The notes: a model not told the origin generated them from the sequence alone. DNA of 32,000 nt from Desulfobulbus propionicus DSM 2032 (GCF_000186885.1 NC_014972.1:1500001-1532000); one strand, 5' to 3'; positions 19,425 to 25,954 are shown, numbered from the stretch's first letter. Translations and numbers: made by a program.

Positions 19425-20741
19425 GGGAATCTTGAAATTTAGCTTAGCAAGCCCCGGCACCATTCACCGACAATTTTATTCACAAAGACCATGCTCTTCT
19501 GGCTTTTAATCCGATCGGTTTTGCACCTTGGCGGTGCCTCGCTCTGTGCTCGATGGCGGTCTTTTGCCAGTTTGCCGCACTCCGGGCACACTTCACCTGC
19601 TTGCAGCCAGAAGCATCCCCATTCGGTCAATGTTATACACCAAGTTGCGCAAGCCGATCTTTGCTCGGGCTCGGGCTATGCCGATCGTGCGCAACAGTAC
19701 ATTCCCCGCTCGCTGCGCCTGTACACCAAAGACATGCTCGATTCGCGAACGGACCTTGGATCTGGTTCGGTTGCCCTCCTGTTCTCTGGGCGTCAAGGGA
19801 CGATTGCGGCTCCCCTTGCGTTGGATGTGTTCACGAAAACCATCCTGGCCGAGGCGCTCCAATCGATCCGCGGATCGATAGGCCGAATCCGCCCAGACGT
19901 CCTTGCTCGTATTGTCGGCAAGGAGTTGCTCGAACACGTTGCTGTCGTGCAGGGCCGCATCGGTCACGGCATAGCTGCGAATCAACTTGTGCTTCACATC
20001 CACCGAGATGTGGTTCTTGTAGCCGTAATAAGACTTGCCGTTCTTCTTGGTCCAGCGCGCGTCCGCGTCTTTTCTACGCCGCTTGTTCTCGGACCAGTTC
20101 TCCGGGATGTCGCCCTCTTTGATCCGGGCATTTTCCTCCCGGCTGTTCCGCTGTTTGGGCACGCTGACAATGCTGGCATCCACGATCTGCCCTTTCATCG
20201 CCATGAAGCCGTTGTCCCGGAGATGCGCATCGAAGGTCGCAAACAGTTCCTCTACAATGCCGGCCTTGACGAGGTCTTCCCGAAAACGCCAGATGGTGGT
20301 GGCATCGGGAACCTTCTGGCTGATGTGCAGACCAAGAAAGCGCCCAAAGGAGTGCCGGTCGAGAATCTGAAACTCGGTCGCGTCATCCGACAGATTGTAC
20401 AACGACTGCAGGATGAGAATCTTAAACAGCAGGATGACGTCGTACCCCTTCGGCCCGACCGTAGACTGCCGGCCCTTGTCCCTGGCCTTTTCGAGCGCAG
20501 GACGAAACATCTCCCAGTTGACCGTCTCGTTGATCTTGGCAAGTGGGTCGCCGTTCTTGTCGATTTTGTGCAATCGGTCCTGCAAATCAAAAAAGCCGGG
20601 CTGGATCATGGCTGATCTCCATCGGGTGATGGTTGGCGGATGCGGCCTTAAAACGATGAAGAATGTAACATATTTACACAAAATCAACAATTTGATAGTT
20701 AAACTTGTCGCAGGCTACTGCATTTAATTTTCAAGAAACCC
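19425..20741 (-). mobile_element. IS5-family-like insertion sequence, 1317 bp, inserted in the pVI-like gene
   Basis: Imperfect terminal inverted repeats GGGAATCTTGAAATTTAG (left) and GGGTTTCTTGAAAATTAA (right, reverse complement), 14/18 identical; 4-bp direct flanks TAAA at 19421-19424 and 20742-20745. Confidence 0.88.
19593..20609 (-). CDS. IS5-family (DDE) transposase
   Basis: MIQPGFFDLQDRLHKIDKNGDPLAKINETVNWEMFRPALEKA...DATTIWRFREDLVKAGI...SYYGYKNHISVDVKHKLIRSYAVTDAALHDSNVFEQLL...RSRIEHVFGVQ. Confidence 0.93.
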   Translation of the reverse strand: MIQPGFFDLQDRLHKIDKNGDPLAKINETVNWEMFRPALEKARDKGRQSTVGPKGYDVILLFKILILQSLYNLSDDATEFQILDRHSFGRFLGLHISQKVPDATTIWRFREDLVKAGIVEELFATFDAHLRDNGFMAMKGQIVDASIVSVPKQRNSREENARIKEGDIPENWSENKRRRKDADARWTKKNGKSYYGYKNHISVDVKHKLIRSYAVTDAALHDSNVFEQLLADNTSKDVWADSAYRSADRLERLGQDGFREHIQRKGSRNRPLTPREQEGNRTRSKVRSRIEHVFGVQAQRAGNVLLRTIGIARARAKIGLRNLVYNIDRMGMLLAASR

Positions 20742-20792
20742 TAAATTTTTGAAAGCAATTACAATAAGATTTCCAAGTTCTTGAAGTCCCAT
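20742..20792 (-). pseudogene. N-terminal part of the pVI-like protein, separated from its C-terminus by the IS
   Basis: After GAGGAAAATGAA, ATG GGA CTT... gives MGLQELGNLIVIAFKNL. Joined at the TSD it gives an uninterrupted 98-aa protein with the 19175..19424 segment. Confidence 0.75.
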
Positions 20793-20793
20793 T

Positions 20794-22311
20794 TCATTTT
20801 CCTCGTAAATCAACGCCAACGTAAAGATAAATTAATAGAACAATGGTTGAGATTGTGATGCCAAGTGCAAAAAGAGACCTAACCATTTGAGCAATGTTAT
20901 CAAATGAACTTAGATCAATTGTTATATTTTTACCGTATATAGAATATGTGTAAACGGGTGCTGATCCTGAACCTTTGAAGTCAGAATAAATATCTTTGAA
21001 TGTTGATCGAAGAGAAAAGGGGAATTTTGTGGTGAATTGGGAAAAATGTGAAGCTATACCTTCATAATCAAACTTCCCCTCAACATATTGATAGGAACCT
21101 GTCCAGCCATCACTATTATCAACGTCTCCATCTCCATCGGTATCTGATCCAGAAACGGAGGTAGAAGAACCGCCACCGGTAGAAGTGTCACCATCACCAT
21201 AATAATTATTAGTTGTATTGTTTGTTGTTGAATTATCAATAGTTTGATTGACTTCATTAAAATCGCTTGCAAGTTCCCACTGTCCATTAGACATACACTC
21301 GCAAATCATGTGTTTATTTTCACTACAAGCAAAATTTTTTATTAAAGCAGAAGAACCGCATGAGGAAGAACATTTTGATTTGAGATCATCACAAGTTTTA
21401 TCTAAATCCATGAGTCCTACATCTTCGCCTTTTTGCTCAGTGGTGGGAAAAACTTGTTCTGCGTCATCAGCAGTAGTGTTTTCAGTAAGTATTTCGGAAT
21501 CACCACTATCAGAAGTATCTTTTTCACAAACTGAGTCGGTACATTGGTCAACTGAAGAAACAGTGTTACATTTTATTGTGTGGAGCTTATCAGGAGTGGC
21601 AAGATAGGTCACACGACCACCAGCGGCGAAAAATGATTTTTCATCAATATAAGAAGGAAATGAACCGATAGAATAAACAAGACCAGGAAACTTTTCTGGA
21701 TAATTATAAGCGGAATAGATGCTGATCATATCGTAGTTATCATTTTGAGCAGAATAACTAATGATACCAGCAACAACAGTTCCGTCTGATAATTCGTACC
21801 AACCTTTTAGATATTTTGTTCCGGCAACAGTAGAATCATACGGGTTATCATCACAAACATCACAAAGACCATCAGAATCGGAATCGAGACAATCAACAGT
21901 GCAACCAGGTTTTGCGGCAAAAAAAGACGCAGTTACATTTGAAGAAACAGAAATAATTCCTTGTGAAAGAAGAGTAGAAAAGCACTCGGGTGTTACAGTC
22001 ATCAATCCACCGATAACAGAATAGGCCCATCGTGTTCCATTCCAAAACATTCCGTAAAGGGTTATTTTCCGCCAAGTATAACCGGAGGTAATAGTAACAG
22101 CGGAATAACTCATTTCGGTCTCGCCAATTGTCAAACGAACATCACCGACAAGATTGGTCTTAAGAGTCGAGCTCTCTACAACGCCGCCATCAATATAGAA
22201 CCACTGGGTACAAGAACCGGGGTAACCAGGTTCAACAGAATCAGCTTTGCAATTCAGGCAAAGTGCAAAAACTGAAACAAACCCGAGAAGAAACCAGAGG
22301 AAATTTTTCAT
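20794..22311 (-). CDS. pIII-like adsorption / minor coat protein with signal peptide and C-terminal TM helix
   Basis: MKNFLWFLLGFVSVFALCLNC signal sequence, Asn/Thr/Gly/Ser-rich linker, C-terminal TIVLLIYLYVGVDLRGK; lies between the pVIII-like and pVI-like genes as in filamentous phages. Confidence 0.7.
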   Translation of the reverse strand: MKNFLWFLLGFVSVFALCLNCKADSVEPGYPGSCTQWFYIDGGVVESSTLKTNLVGDVRLTIGETEMSYSAVTITSGYTWRKITLYGMFWNGTRWAYSVIGGLMTVTPECFSTLLSQGIISVSSNVTASFFAAKPGCTVDCLDSDSDGLCDVCDDNPYDSTVAGTKYLKGWYELSDGTVVAGIISYSAQNDNYDMISIYSAYNYPEKFPGLVYSIGSFPSYIDEKSFFAAGGRVTYLATPDKLHTIKCNTVSSVDQCTDSVCEKDTSDSGDSEILTENTTADDAEQVFPTTEQKGEDVGLMDLDKTCDDLKSKCSSSCGSSALIKNFACSENKHMICECMSNGQWELASDFNEVNQTIDNSTTNNTTNNYYGDGDTSTGGGSSTSVSGSDTDGDGDVDNSDGWTGSYQYVEGKFDYEGIASHFSQFTTKFPFSLRSTFKDIYSDFKGSGSAPVYTYSIYGKNITIDLSSFDNIAQMVRSLFALGITISTIVLLIYLYVGVDLRGK

Positions 22312-22333
22312 GATGAACGCAGGCAGGAAGGAA

Positions 22334-22353
22334 GGGGAGCCCGAAGGCTCCCC
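22334..22353 (-). terminator. Strong GC hairpin between the major coat and pIII-like genes
   Basis: GGGGAGCC-CGAA-GGCTCCCC perfect 8-bp stem with 4-nt loop immediately downstream of the pVIII-like stop; no long U tract. Confidence 0.6.
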
Positions 22354-22359
22354 AGGTAG

Positions 22360-22503
22360 TTAATGACTACGAACCAGCATTTTGAAAAAGCCAATGCCGA
22401 TGACTACACCAAGGATGGTGCCCCAAATCGGCAGACCGGCGGTCAATGCGGTTCCAAGCTGTGTGGTGATCTCGGTTACTGCGTCAGCATACGATACGGT
22501 CAT
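22360..22503 (-). CDS. pVIII-like major coat protein (47 aa)
   Basis: MTVSYADAVTEITTQLGTALTAGLPIWGTILGVVIGIGFFKMLVRSH: acidic amphipathic N-terminus, one TM helix, basic C-terminus; too short for the supplied ORF track. Confidence 0.8.
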   Translation of the reverse strand: MTVSYADAVTEITTQLGTALTAGLPIWGTILGVVIGIGFFKMLVRSH

Positions 22504-22526
22504 ATCTGCGTTCTCCAGTTGAGGTT

Positions 22527-22658
22527 TTAAAAAGCCCTATGGTTGTATGTGAACATTCCCCGGAAAACACCCCATACCCAGGCCGTCGAGTATGTGAACA
22601 ACCAAGTGAAAATTCCGAGGCTTAAACCGCCAACAAAGAGAGTCATATTAAGCGCCAT
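22527..22658 (-). CDS. Tiny membrane protein (43 aa), candidate pVII/pIX-type minor coat
   Basis: MALNMTLFVGGLSLGIFTWLFTYSTAWVWGVFRGMFTYNHRAF; preceded by ATGGAGGTCG ribosome-binding sequence. Confidence 0.55.
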   Translation of the reverse strand: MALNMTLFVGGLSLGIFTWLFTYSTAWVWGVFRGMFTYNHRAF

Positions 22659-22659
22659 T

Positions 22660-22788
22660 CTACGACCTCCATGTAACAGCGATTATCAAAGCGATGCCTA
22701 ACCCCAGGGCAAAGGATGAGACATCGACAAAGAATCCTTGTATGCTCGTTAATAGGTTGATGATTGTTTCCGCTTGCTCGCTCGTCAT
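22660..22788 (-). CDS. Tiny membrane protein (42 aa), candidate pVII/pIX-type minor coat
   Basis: MTSEQAETIINLLTSIQGFFVDVSSFALGLGIALIIAVTWRS; internal start of the 22660..22893 ORF chosen because the upstream part looks non-coding/overlapping. Confidence 0.55.
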   Translation of the reverse strand: MTSEQAETIINLLTSIQGFFVDVSSFALGLGIALIIAVTWRS

Positions 22789-22819
22789 GGCGATACCTAC
22801 AAAACCGGCAAACCCGCCG

Positions 22820-23005
22820 TTAAAGGCCGGTCTCGTCCCCTGCGACGGCGCGCGGGGCCGAGGCCGGGCCGTCAACGGCTCGGTTGCGATCAAAAACCGG
22901 GTGTTGATGGAGGCGCCGTATGAGTCTTAGGAAAAATCCAACGCAATCGTAAATCAACAGCGCCATCAAACAGCCTATGAACGATGCAAAAACAAGCGGT
23001 TCCAT
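22820..23005 (-). CDS. Small membrane protein (61 aa)
   Basis: MEPLVFASFIGCLMALLIYDCVGFFLRLIRRLHQHPVFDRNRAVDGPASAPRAVAGDETGL; ATG overlaps the stop of the upstream gene. Confidence 0.5.
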   Translation of the reverse strand: MEPLVFASFIGCLMALLIYDCVGFFLRLIRRLHQHPVFDRNRAVDGPASAPRAVAGDETGL

Positions 23006-23298
23006 TATTTGACCGCCCAAAGATAATGGGGATAATGCCAACGGCCTTTTGAATCCTTCCATGGACGACATTGAACCTCGACGGAAATACTCAAATCGTC
23101 GCCAGGATTGCCGAGCTTGGACCGCGACATGATGCAATATTTGTTTGGATGCGAATAAGCGTCAGGTGCTGGGGTGGCCAATATGGATTCGATGATAGGA
23201 AAATTTTCCTTATCGGTGCCCACCTGTTGCGAGGCTTGAATACGGCCGGAAAGCCAGAGGGTGCCAGATTTAACTGGATTTTTTTCGTTGGTTGACAT
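23005..23298 (-). CDS. Candidate pV-like single-stranded DNA-binding protein (97 aa)
   Basis: MSTNEKNPVKSGTLWLSGRIQASQQVGTDKENFPIIESILATPAPDAYSHPNKYCIMSRSKLGNPGDDLSISVEVQCRPWKDSKGRWHYPHYLWAVK; size and position fit, function inferred. Confidence 0.45.
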   Translation of the reverse strand: MSTNEKNPVKSGTLWLSGRIQASQQVGTDKENFPIIESILATPAPDAYSHPNKYCIMSRSKLGNPGDDLSISVEVQCRPWKDSKGRWHYPHYLWAVK

Positions 23299-23347
23299 GG
23301 TTTCAGCTCCTTGTTTTTTTGAATTTGTTGTGCATGACGGTGCTAAA

Positions 23348-23515
23348 TCATTGTTTGAAGCGGATAGTAAGATTGCGTTCCCTGTCCCGGAATCGTGACT
23401 CGACCAAGCGAAATTGCGGAGAGAGCATGGCGAATTGTGTGCAGAGCTCAGCATCAGAGAAACGCATGATTCTTTTCTTGAGTTCGTGAATCGCGGCGGG
23501 TTGGTTTGGTTTCAT
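23348..23515 (-). CDS. Small hypothetical protein (55 aa), first gene of the leftward transcript
   Basis: MKPNQPAAIHELKKRIMRFSDAELCTQFAMLSPQFRLVESRFRDRERNLTIRFKQ; read by hand, below the ORF track cutoff. Confidence 0.4.
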   Translation of the reverse strand: MKPNQPAAIHELKKRIMRFSDAELCTQFAMLSPQFRLVESRFRDRERNLTIRFKQ

Positions 23516-23559
23516 TTCGCGTTTTTCTTTAAAGTTTGATGTGTAGTAAAATAATAATT

Positions 23560-23571
23560 TCTATATATAGA
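23560..23571. promoter_or_regulatory. Perfect palindrome in the divergent control region, candidate repressor operator
   Basis: TCTATATATAGA in an AT-rich 79-bp gap between divergent genes. Confidence 0.4.
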
Positions 23572-23594
23572 CATTTAATAGCGAGAATGTCGGC

Positions 23595-24044
23595 ATGTCA
23601 ACAAAAATAAATGAAGAAGTGAAAAAAATAGGAAATAGACTAAAAGAATTCAGAGTTGAAAATGGTTTAACACTTGTTCAACTATCTGAATTAATAGGAA
23701 TTTCTCATGGATCATTGTCGGGGCTTGAGAATAACAAATCGAAACCATCAGCAGAAACTTTATCGAATTTATGTCTATATACAGAAATTGACATTGTTTG
23801 GTTGTTAACCGGAAGGAGGGAAAAGCCTATAGAAAGAAAAATACCGACAAGAAAATTTGAAATTTTTGAACAAGCAGAGGAGTGGCTACGAGAAGAAGTA
23901 CAAAAAAATCCGAAGAAAGAAATATGGTTCGAAGTAGAATTTGAGAAAACGTTTCAGGAGTTCAAAGAATGGAAAGAAGGAAAGGAAGGGAGAAGAAAAC
24001 TTGAATCGGAGGCTCTATCGTATAAAATAGCAGGAAATAACTAA
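23595..24044 (+). CDS. XRE-family HTH transcriptional repressor (CI-like)
   Basis: IGNRLKEFRVENGLTLVQLSELIGISHGSLSGLENNKSKPSAETLSNLCLYTEIDIVWLLTGRR. Confidence 0.85.
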   Translation: MSTKINEEVKKIGNRLKEFRVENGLTLVQLSELIGISHGSLSGLENNKSKPSAETLSNLCLYTEIDIVWLLTGRREKPIERKIPTRKFEIFEQAEEWLREEVQKNPKKEIWFEVEFEKTFQEFKEWKEGKEGRRKLESEALSYKIAGNN

Positions 24045-24062
24045 GTCGCAATAAGGTATAAC

Positions 24063-24374
24063 ATGGACGCATCGTTAGATAATCTCAACAACGAACCGGA
24101 CCAAGACAGAGAAAAATCAGAAAAAGAAATCAAGAAAAAGCTCAAAAGAATGGGGAATCCGGTATGGGGTTTTCTGTGGAGATTTTTCCTCTGTTGCGCT
24201 TTGATCGATATTCCCTTTTGGGCATATTTTCACTTCGTCAAAGGCGTGCCGATCCTGGTAGGGCTGCAACAAATAAGAAACGAAGTCCAAGAAAAATTTT
24301 ATACGCCAAAAGAACCCGAGCAGAAAAAAATTGTGAAATTCGATTTTCCACAGCCAACAAGAAAACCATCGTGA
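24063..24374 (+). CDS. Small membrane protein (103 aa), unknown function
   Basis: Charged N-terminus followed by GFLWRFFLCCALIDIPFWAYFHF TM segment; co-directional with the repressor. Confidence 0.5.
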   Translation: MDASLDNLNNEPDQDREKSEKEIKKKLKRMGNPVWGFLWRFFLCCALIDIPFWAYFHFVKGVPILVGLQQIRNEVQEKFYTPKEPEQKKIVKFDFPQPTRKPS

Positions 24375-24401
24375 CAGCTAAAAAAGCAATCTCCGGAGGA
24401 G

Positions 24402-24599
24402 ATGCAAAAAAGAAACGCTGAAATGGCTATCAAAGCGGCAAGAGCTGAAGCAGAAAGAAAAGAGGCATTACGAAGACAAAGAGAAAGATACTCAGGGCCG
24501 ATATTCAGCTGGAGAAACGAGAAAGGGAATAAGGTTTATTCAAATGTAGGATTCCCACAAGACAGGCCATATACAGAAGCGACAATTGAGTACAAATGA
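24402..24599 (+). CDS. Small basic protein (65 aa), unknown function
   Basis: MQKRNAEMAIKAARAEAERKEALRRQRERYSGPIFSWRNEKGNKVYSNVGFPQDRPYTEATIEYK; co-directional with the repressor module. Confidence 0.4.
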   Translation: MQKRNAEMAIKAARAEAERKEALRRQRERYSGPIFSWRNEKGNKVYSNVGFPQDRPYTEATIEYK

Positions 24600-24798
24600 A
24601 GGCGTTGGAGGTGTCAGCGCTAAGGGAAAAGGAAACAATTCATTTTATAATGTATCCCGCATGTATCACGGTTCCCCTGAAAGCCTTGATTTGTAAGGCG
24701 GGAGACGGGTTCAACTCCTGGGGCCAAGAAATGAGAGGTGAGGGAGAAACAACACCCGCAATTTGAACATGCAAGTTTATGCAAGTGTAACGAAAAAC

Positions 24799-24830
24799 GG
24801 CCACTCAGCTAGTATCAGCTAAGTGGCCGT
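24799..24830. terminator. Putative bidirectional hairpin terminator
   Basis: CGGCCACT-cAGCT-agtatc-AGCTa-AGTGGCCG with an A-run before and AT-rich sequence after. Confidence 0.55.
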
Positions 24831-24837
24831 AATTATT

Positions 24838-24890
24838 TGGTACCCGGAACGAGAATCGAACTCGTACAGCCAAAGGCCGAGGGATTAAAA
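24838..24890 (-). other. 3' fragment of a class II (tRNA-Leu-like) tRNA
   Basis: Minus strand reads TTTTAATCCCTCGGCCTTTGGCTGTACGAGTTCGATTCTCGTTCCGGGTACCA: long variable arm, T arm and 3' acceptor + ACCA, with no matching 5' half. Confidence 0.7.
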
Positions 24891-24925
24891 CGGCCTTGCG
24901 CCTAGCCCGAAACCTCACGGAGTAG
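24842..24925 (+). pseudogene. Possible C-terminal remnant of a RelE/ParE (HigB-like) toxin
   Basis: Frame ends GIKTALRLARNLTE* 7 nt before the antitoxin ATG, the usual position of the toxin in this TA type; the upstream part is replaced by the tRNA-like fragment. Confidence 0.4.
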
Positions 24926-24932
24926 CCTGAAT

Positions 24933-25232
24933 ATGAGCAAAACTATTACCACACGCTATGACGTCAGCGAGCACCTCAGAACACCAGAGGAAATGGCCGC
25001 TTATCTTGAGGCATGTTTCGAGGAAGCCAATGGAGACGCCGCCTTTATTGCCAAGGCTCTCGGCGATATTGCCCGAGCTAAAGGAATGACACAGGTTGCA
25101 CGAGATGCAGGCCTGTCTCGTGAAAGCCTGTATAAAGCTCTCTCCGGCGAACGTAGCCCAGGATTTGATACAATCCTCAAAGTCATCGGTGCGCTTGGTT
25201 TGAAATTGCACGCTGAACCCAATCACGCATGA
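24933..25232 (+). CDS. HigA/HI1420-like addiction module antidote protein
   Basis: MSKTITTRYDVSEHLRTPEEMAAYLEACFEEANGDAAFIAKALGDIARAKGMTQVARDAGLSRESLYKALSGERSPGFDTILKVIGALGLKLHAEP. Confidence 0.88.
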   Translation: MSKTITTRYDVSEHLRTPEEMAAYLEACFEEANGDAAFIAKALGDIARAKGMTQVARDAGLSRESLYKALSGERSPGFDTILKVIGALGLKLHAEPNHA

Positions 25233-25265
25233 ATTGCCTTTGACGCTTGGTTAGTAACCATTTTT

Positions 25266-25288
25266 TGATGTACTTTTGATGTACTTTT
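25266..25288 (+). repeat. Tandem 11-bp repeat TGATGTACTTT x2, candidate integrase arm-type sites
   Basis: TGATGTACTTTTGATGTACTTTT; the same tandem array occurs at 14530..14552 on the other side of the predicted attP. Confidence 0.65.
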
Positions 25289-25376
25289 GAGGCAAAGTTA
25301 AAGCACATGAGCGTTTGATACGGCCTGTAACTATCTGAAAAACAAAGAAAAGGCTTTTTGGGGAACGCTCTTTTTA

Positions 25377-25425
25377 GGCCTCTCACGCCGGTAACAGGGG
25401 TTCGAGTCCCCTTGGGGTCACCAAG
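25377..25425 (+). repeat. attR-side 49-bp direct repeat (partial tRNA-Glu 3' end)
   Basis: Identical to 14438..14486; lacks the 5' half of the tRNA. Confidence 0.95.
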
Positions 25426-25458
25426 TATCTGGAAATACTTGGTGAAGCATTACACACG

Positions 25459-25497
25459 ACGCCTTGAGAGCAAATGCGCTTTCAAGGCGTTTTTTTT
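25459..25497 (+). terminator. Rho-independent terminator, probably the original tRNA-Glu terminator
   Basis: ACGCCTTGA...TCAAGGCGT stem followed by TTTTTTTT. Confidence 0.8.
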
Positions 25498-25723
25498 CAG
25501 CACACAGTTAATTCGCGGGCGATTCTGCACCTGCTTGCACGAGATTTAGAACCGCGTTTTCTGCTCCTGTAAAGCCCCTTCAAAGTCGAAAACAGTTTTT
25601 CGATTTTTTCACCTTTCGCAACATTAGTGCGTTCACCACTGACCTGGTTTCTATTTCCTCTGGAAAAACAATGGTATCCCTCCGGCTTCAGACGGGTAGT
25701 ATCTGTTAGCCGCTCACTTACAC

Positions 25724-25909
25724 ATGCATGGCGACCATGGAGTATCGCCAAGGCCATCCCACCCGAAATACAAGATCGAATATCATTTTGGTTGGGTAGC
25801 TCAATACCGTGACCGAGTGTTGGTGAACGATCTTGCCCGCTGTGTTCGTGAACTTGTTCGCCAACCCTTTGAACGGCATGTGAGATTCTGTGAGGGGAGG
25901 ATCATGTCC
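25724..25909 (+). pseudogene. IS200/IS605-family TnpA (Y1 transposase) N-terminal remnant
   Basis: PSHPKYKIEYHFGWVAQYRDRVLVNDLARCVRELVRQPFERHVRFCEGRIMS resembles TnpA N-termini (…KYHFVWVTKYR.RVL…RVRELIRQ…); HUH and catalytic Tyr regions absent. Confidence 0.75.
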
Positions 25910-25954
25910 TTTCGGTGTCCGCGCCTCTCTCTGCTCAGTGTTGCAACTCGTTGT

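Larger units (their letters stand above)
14438..25425. mobile_element. Integrated filamentous phage-like element (inovirus-type prophage) inserted at the 3' end of tRNA-Glu
   Basis: Perfect 49-bp direct repeats at both ends, tyrosine integrase adjacent to the left end, and an inovirus-like morphogenesis block (Zot/pI, pVI-, pIII-, pVIII-like, tiny membrane proteins), Rep-like protein and repressor. Confidence 0.9.

Noticed and set aside
19491-20615. 374-aa plus-strand ORF opposite the transposase
   Set aside because: Mirror of the IS5-type transposase, which has recognisable family motifs on the minus strand.
19442-20741. Alternative IS left boundary at 19442 based on an apparent TNA target site
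   Set aside because: The 19425 boundary gives better terminal inverted repeats, an exact TAAA duplication and in-frame restoration of the disrupted gene.
24604-24756. tRNA/tmRNA-like 3' end (GGGAGACGGGTTCAACTCCTGGGGCCA)
   Set aside because: A T-arm-like motif is visible, but acceptor pairing and spacing to CCA are wrong and no 5' half was found.
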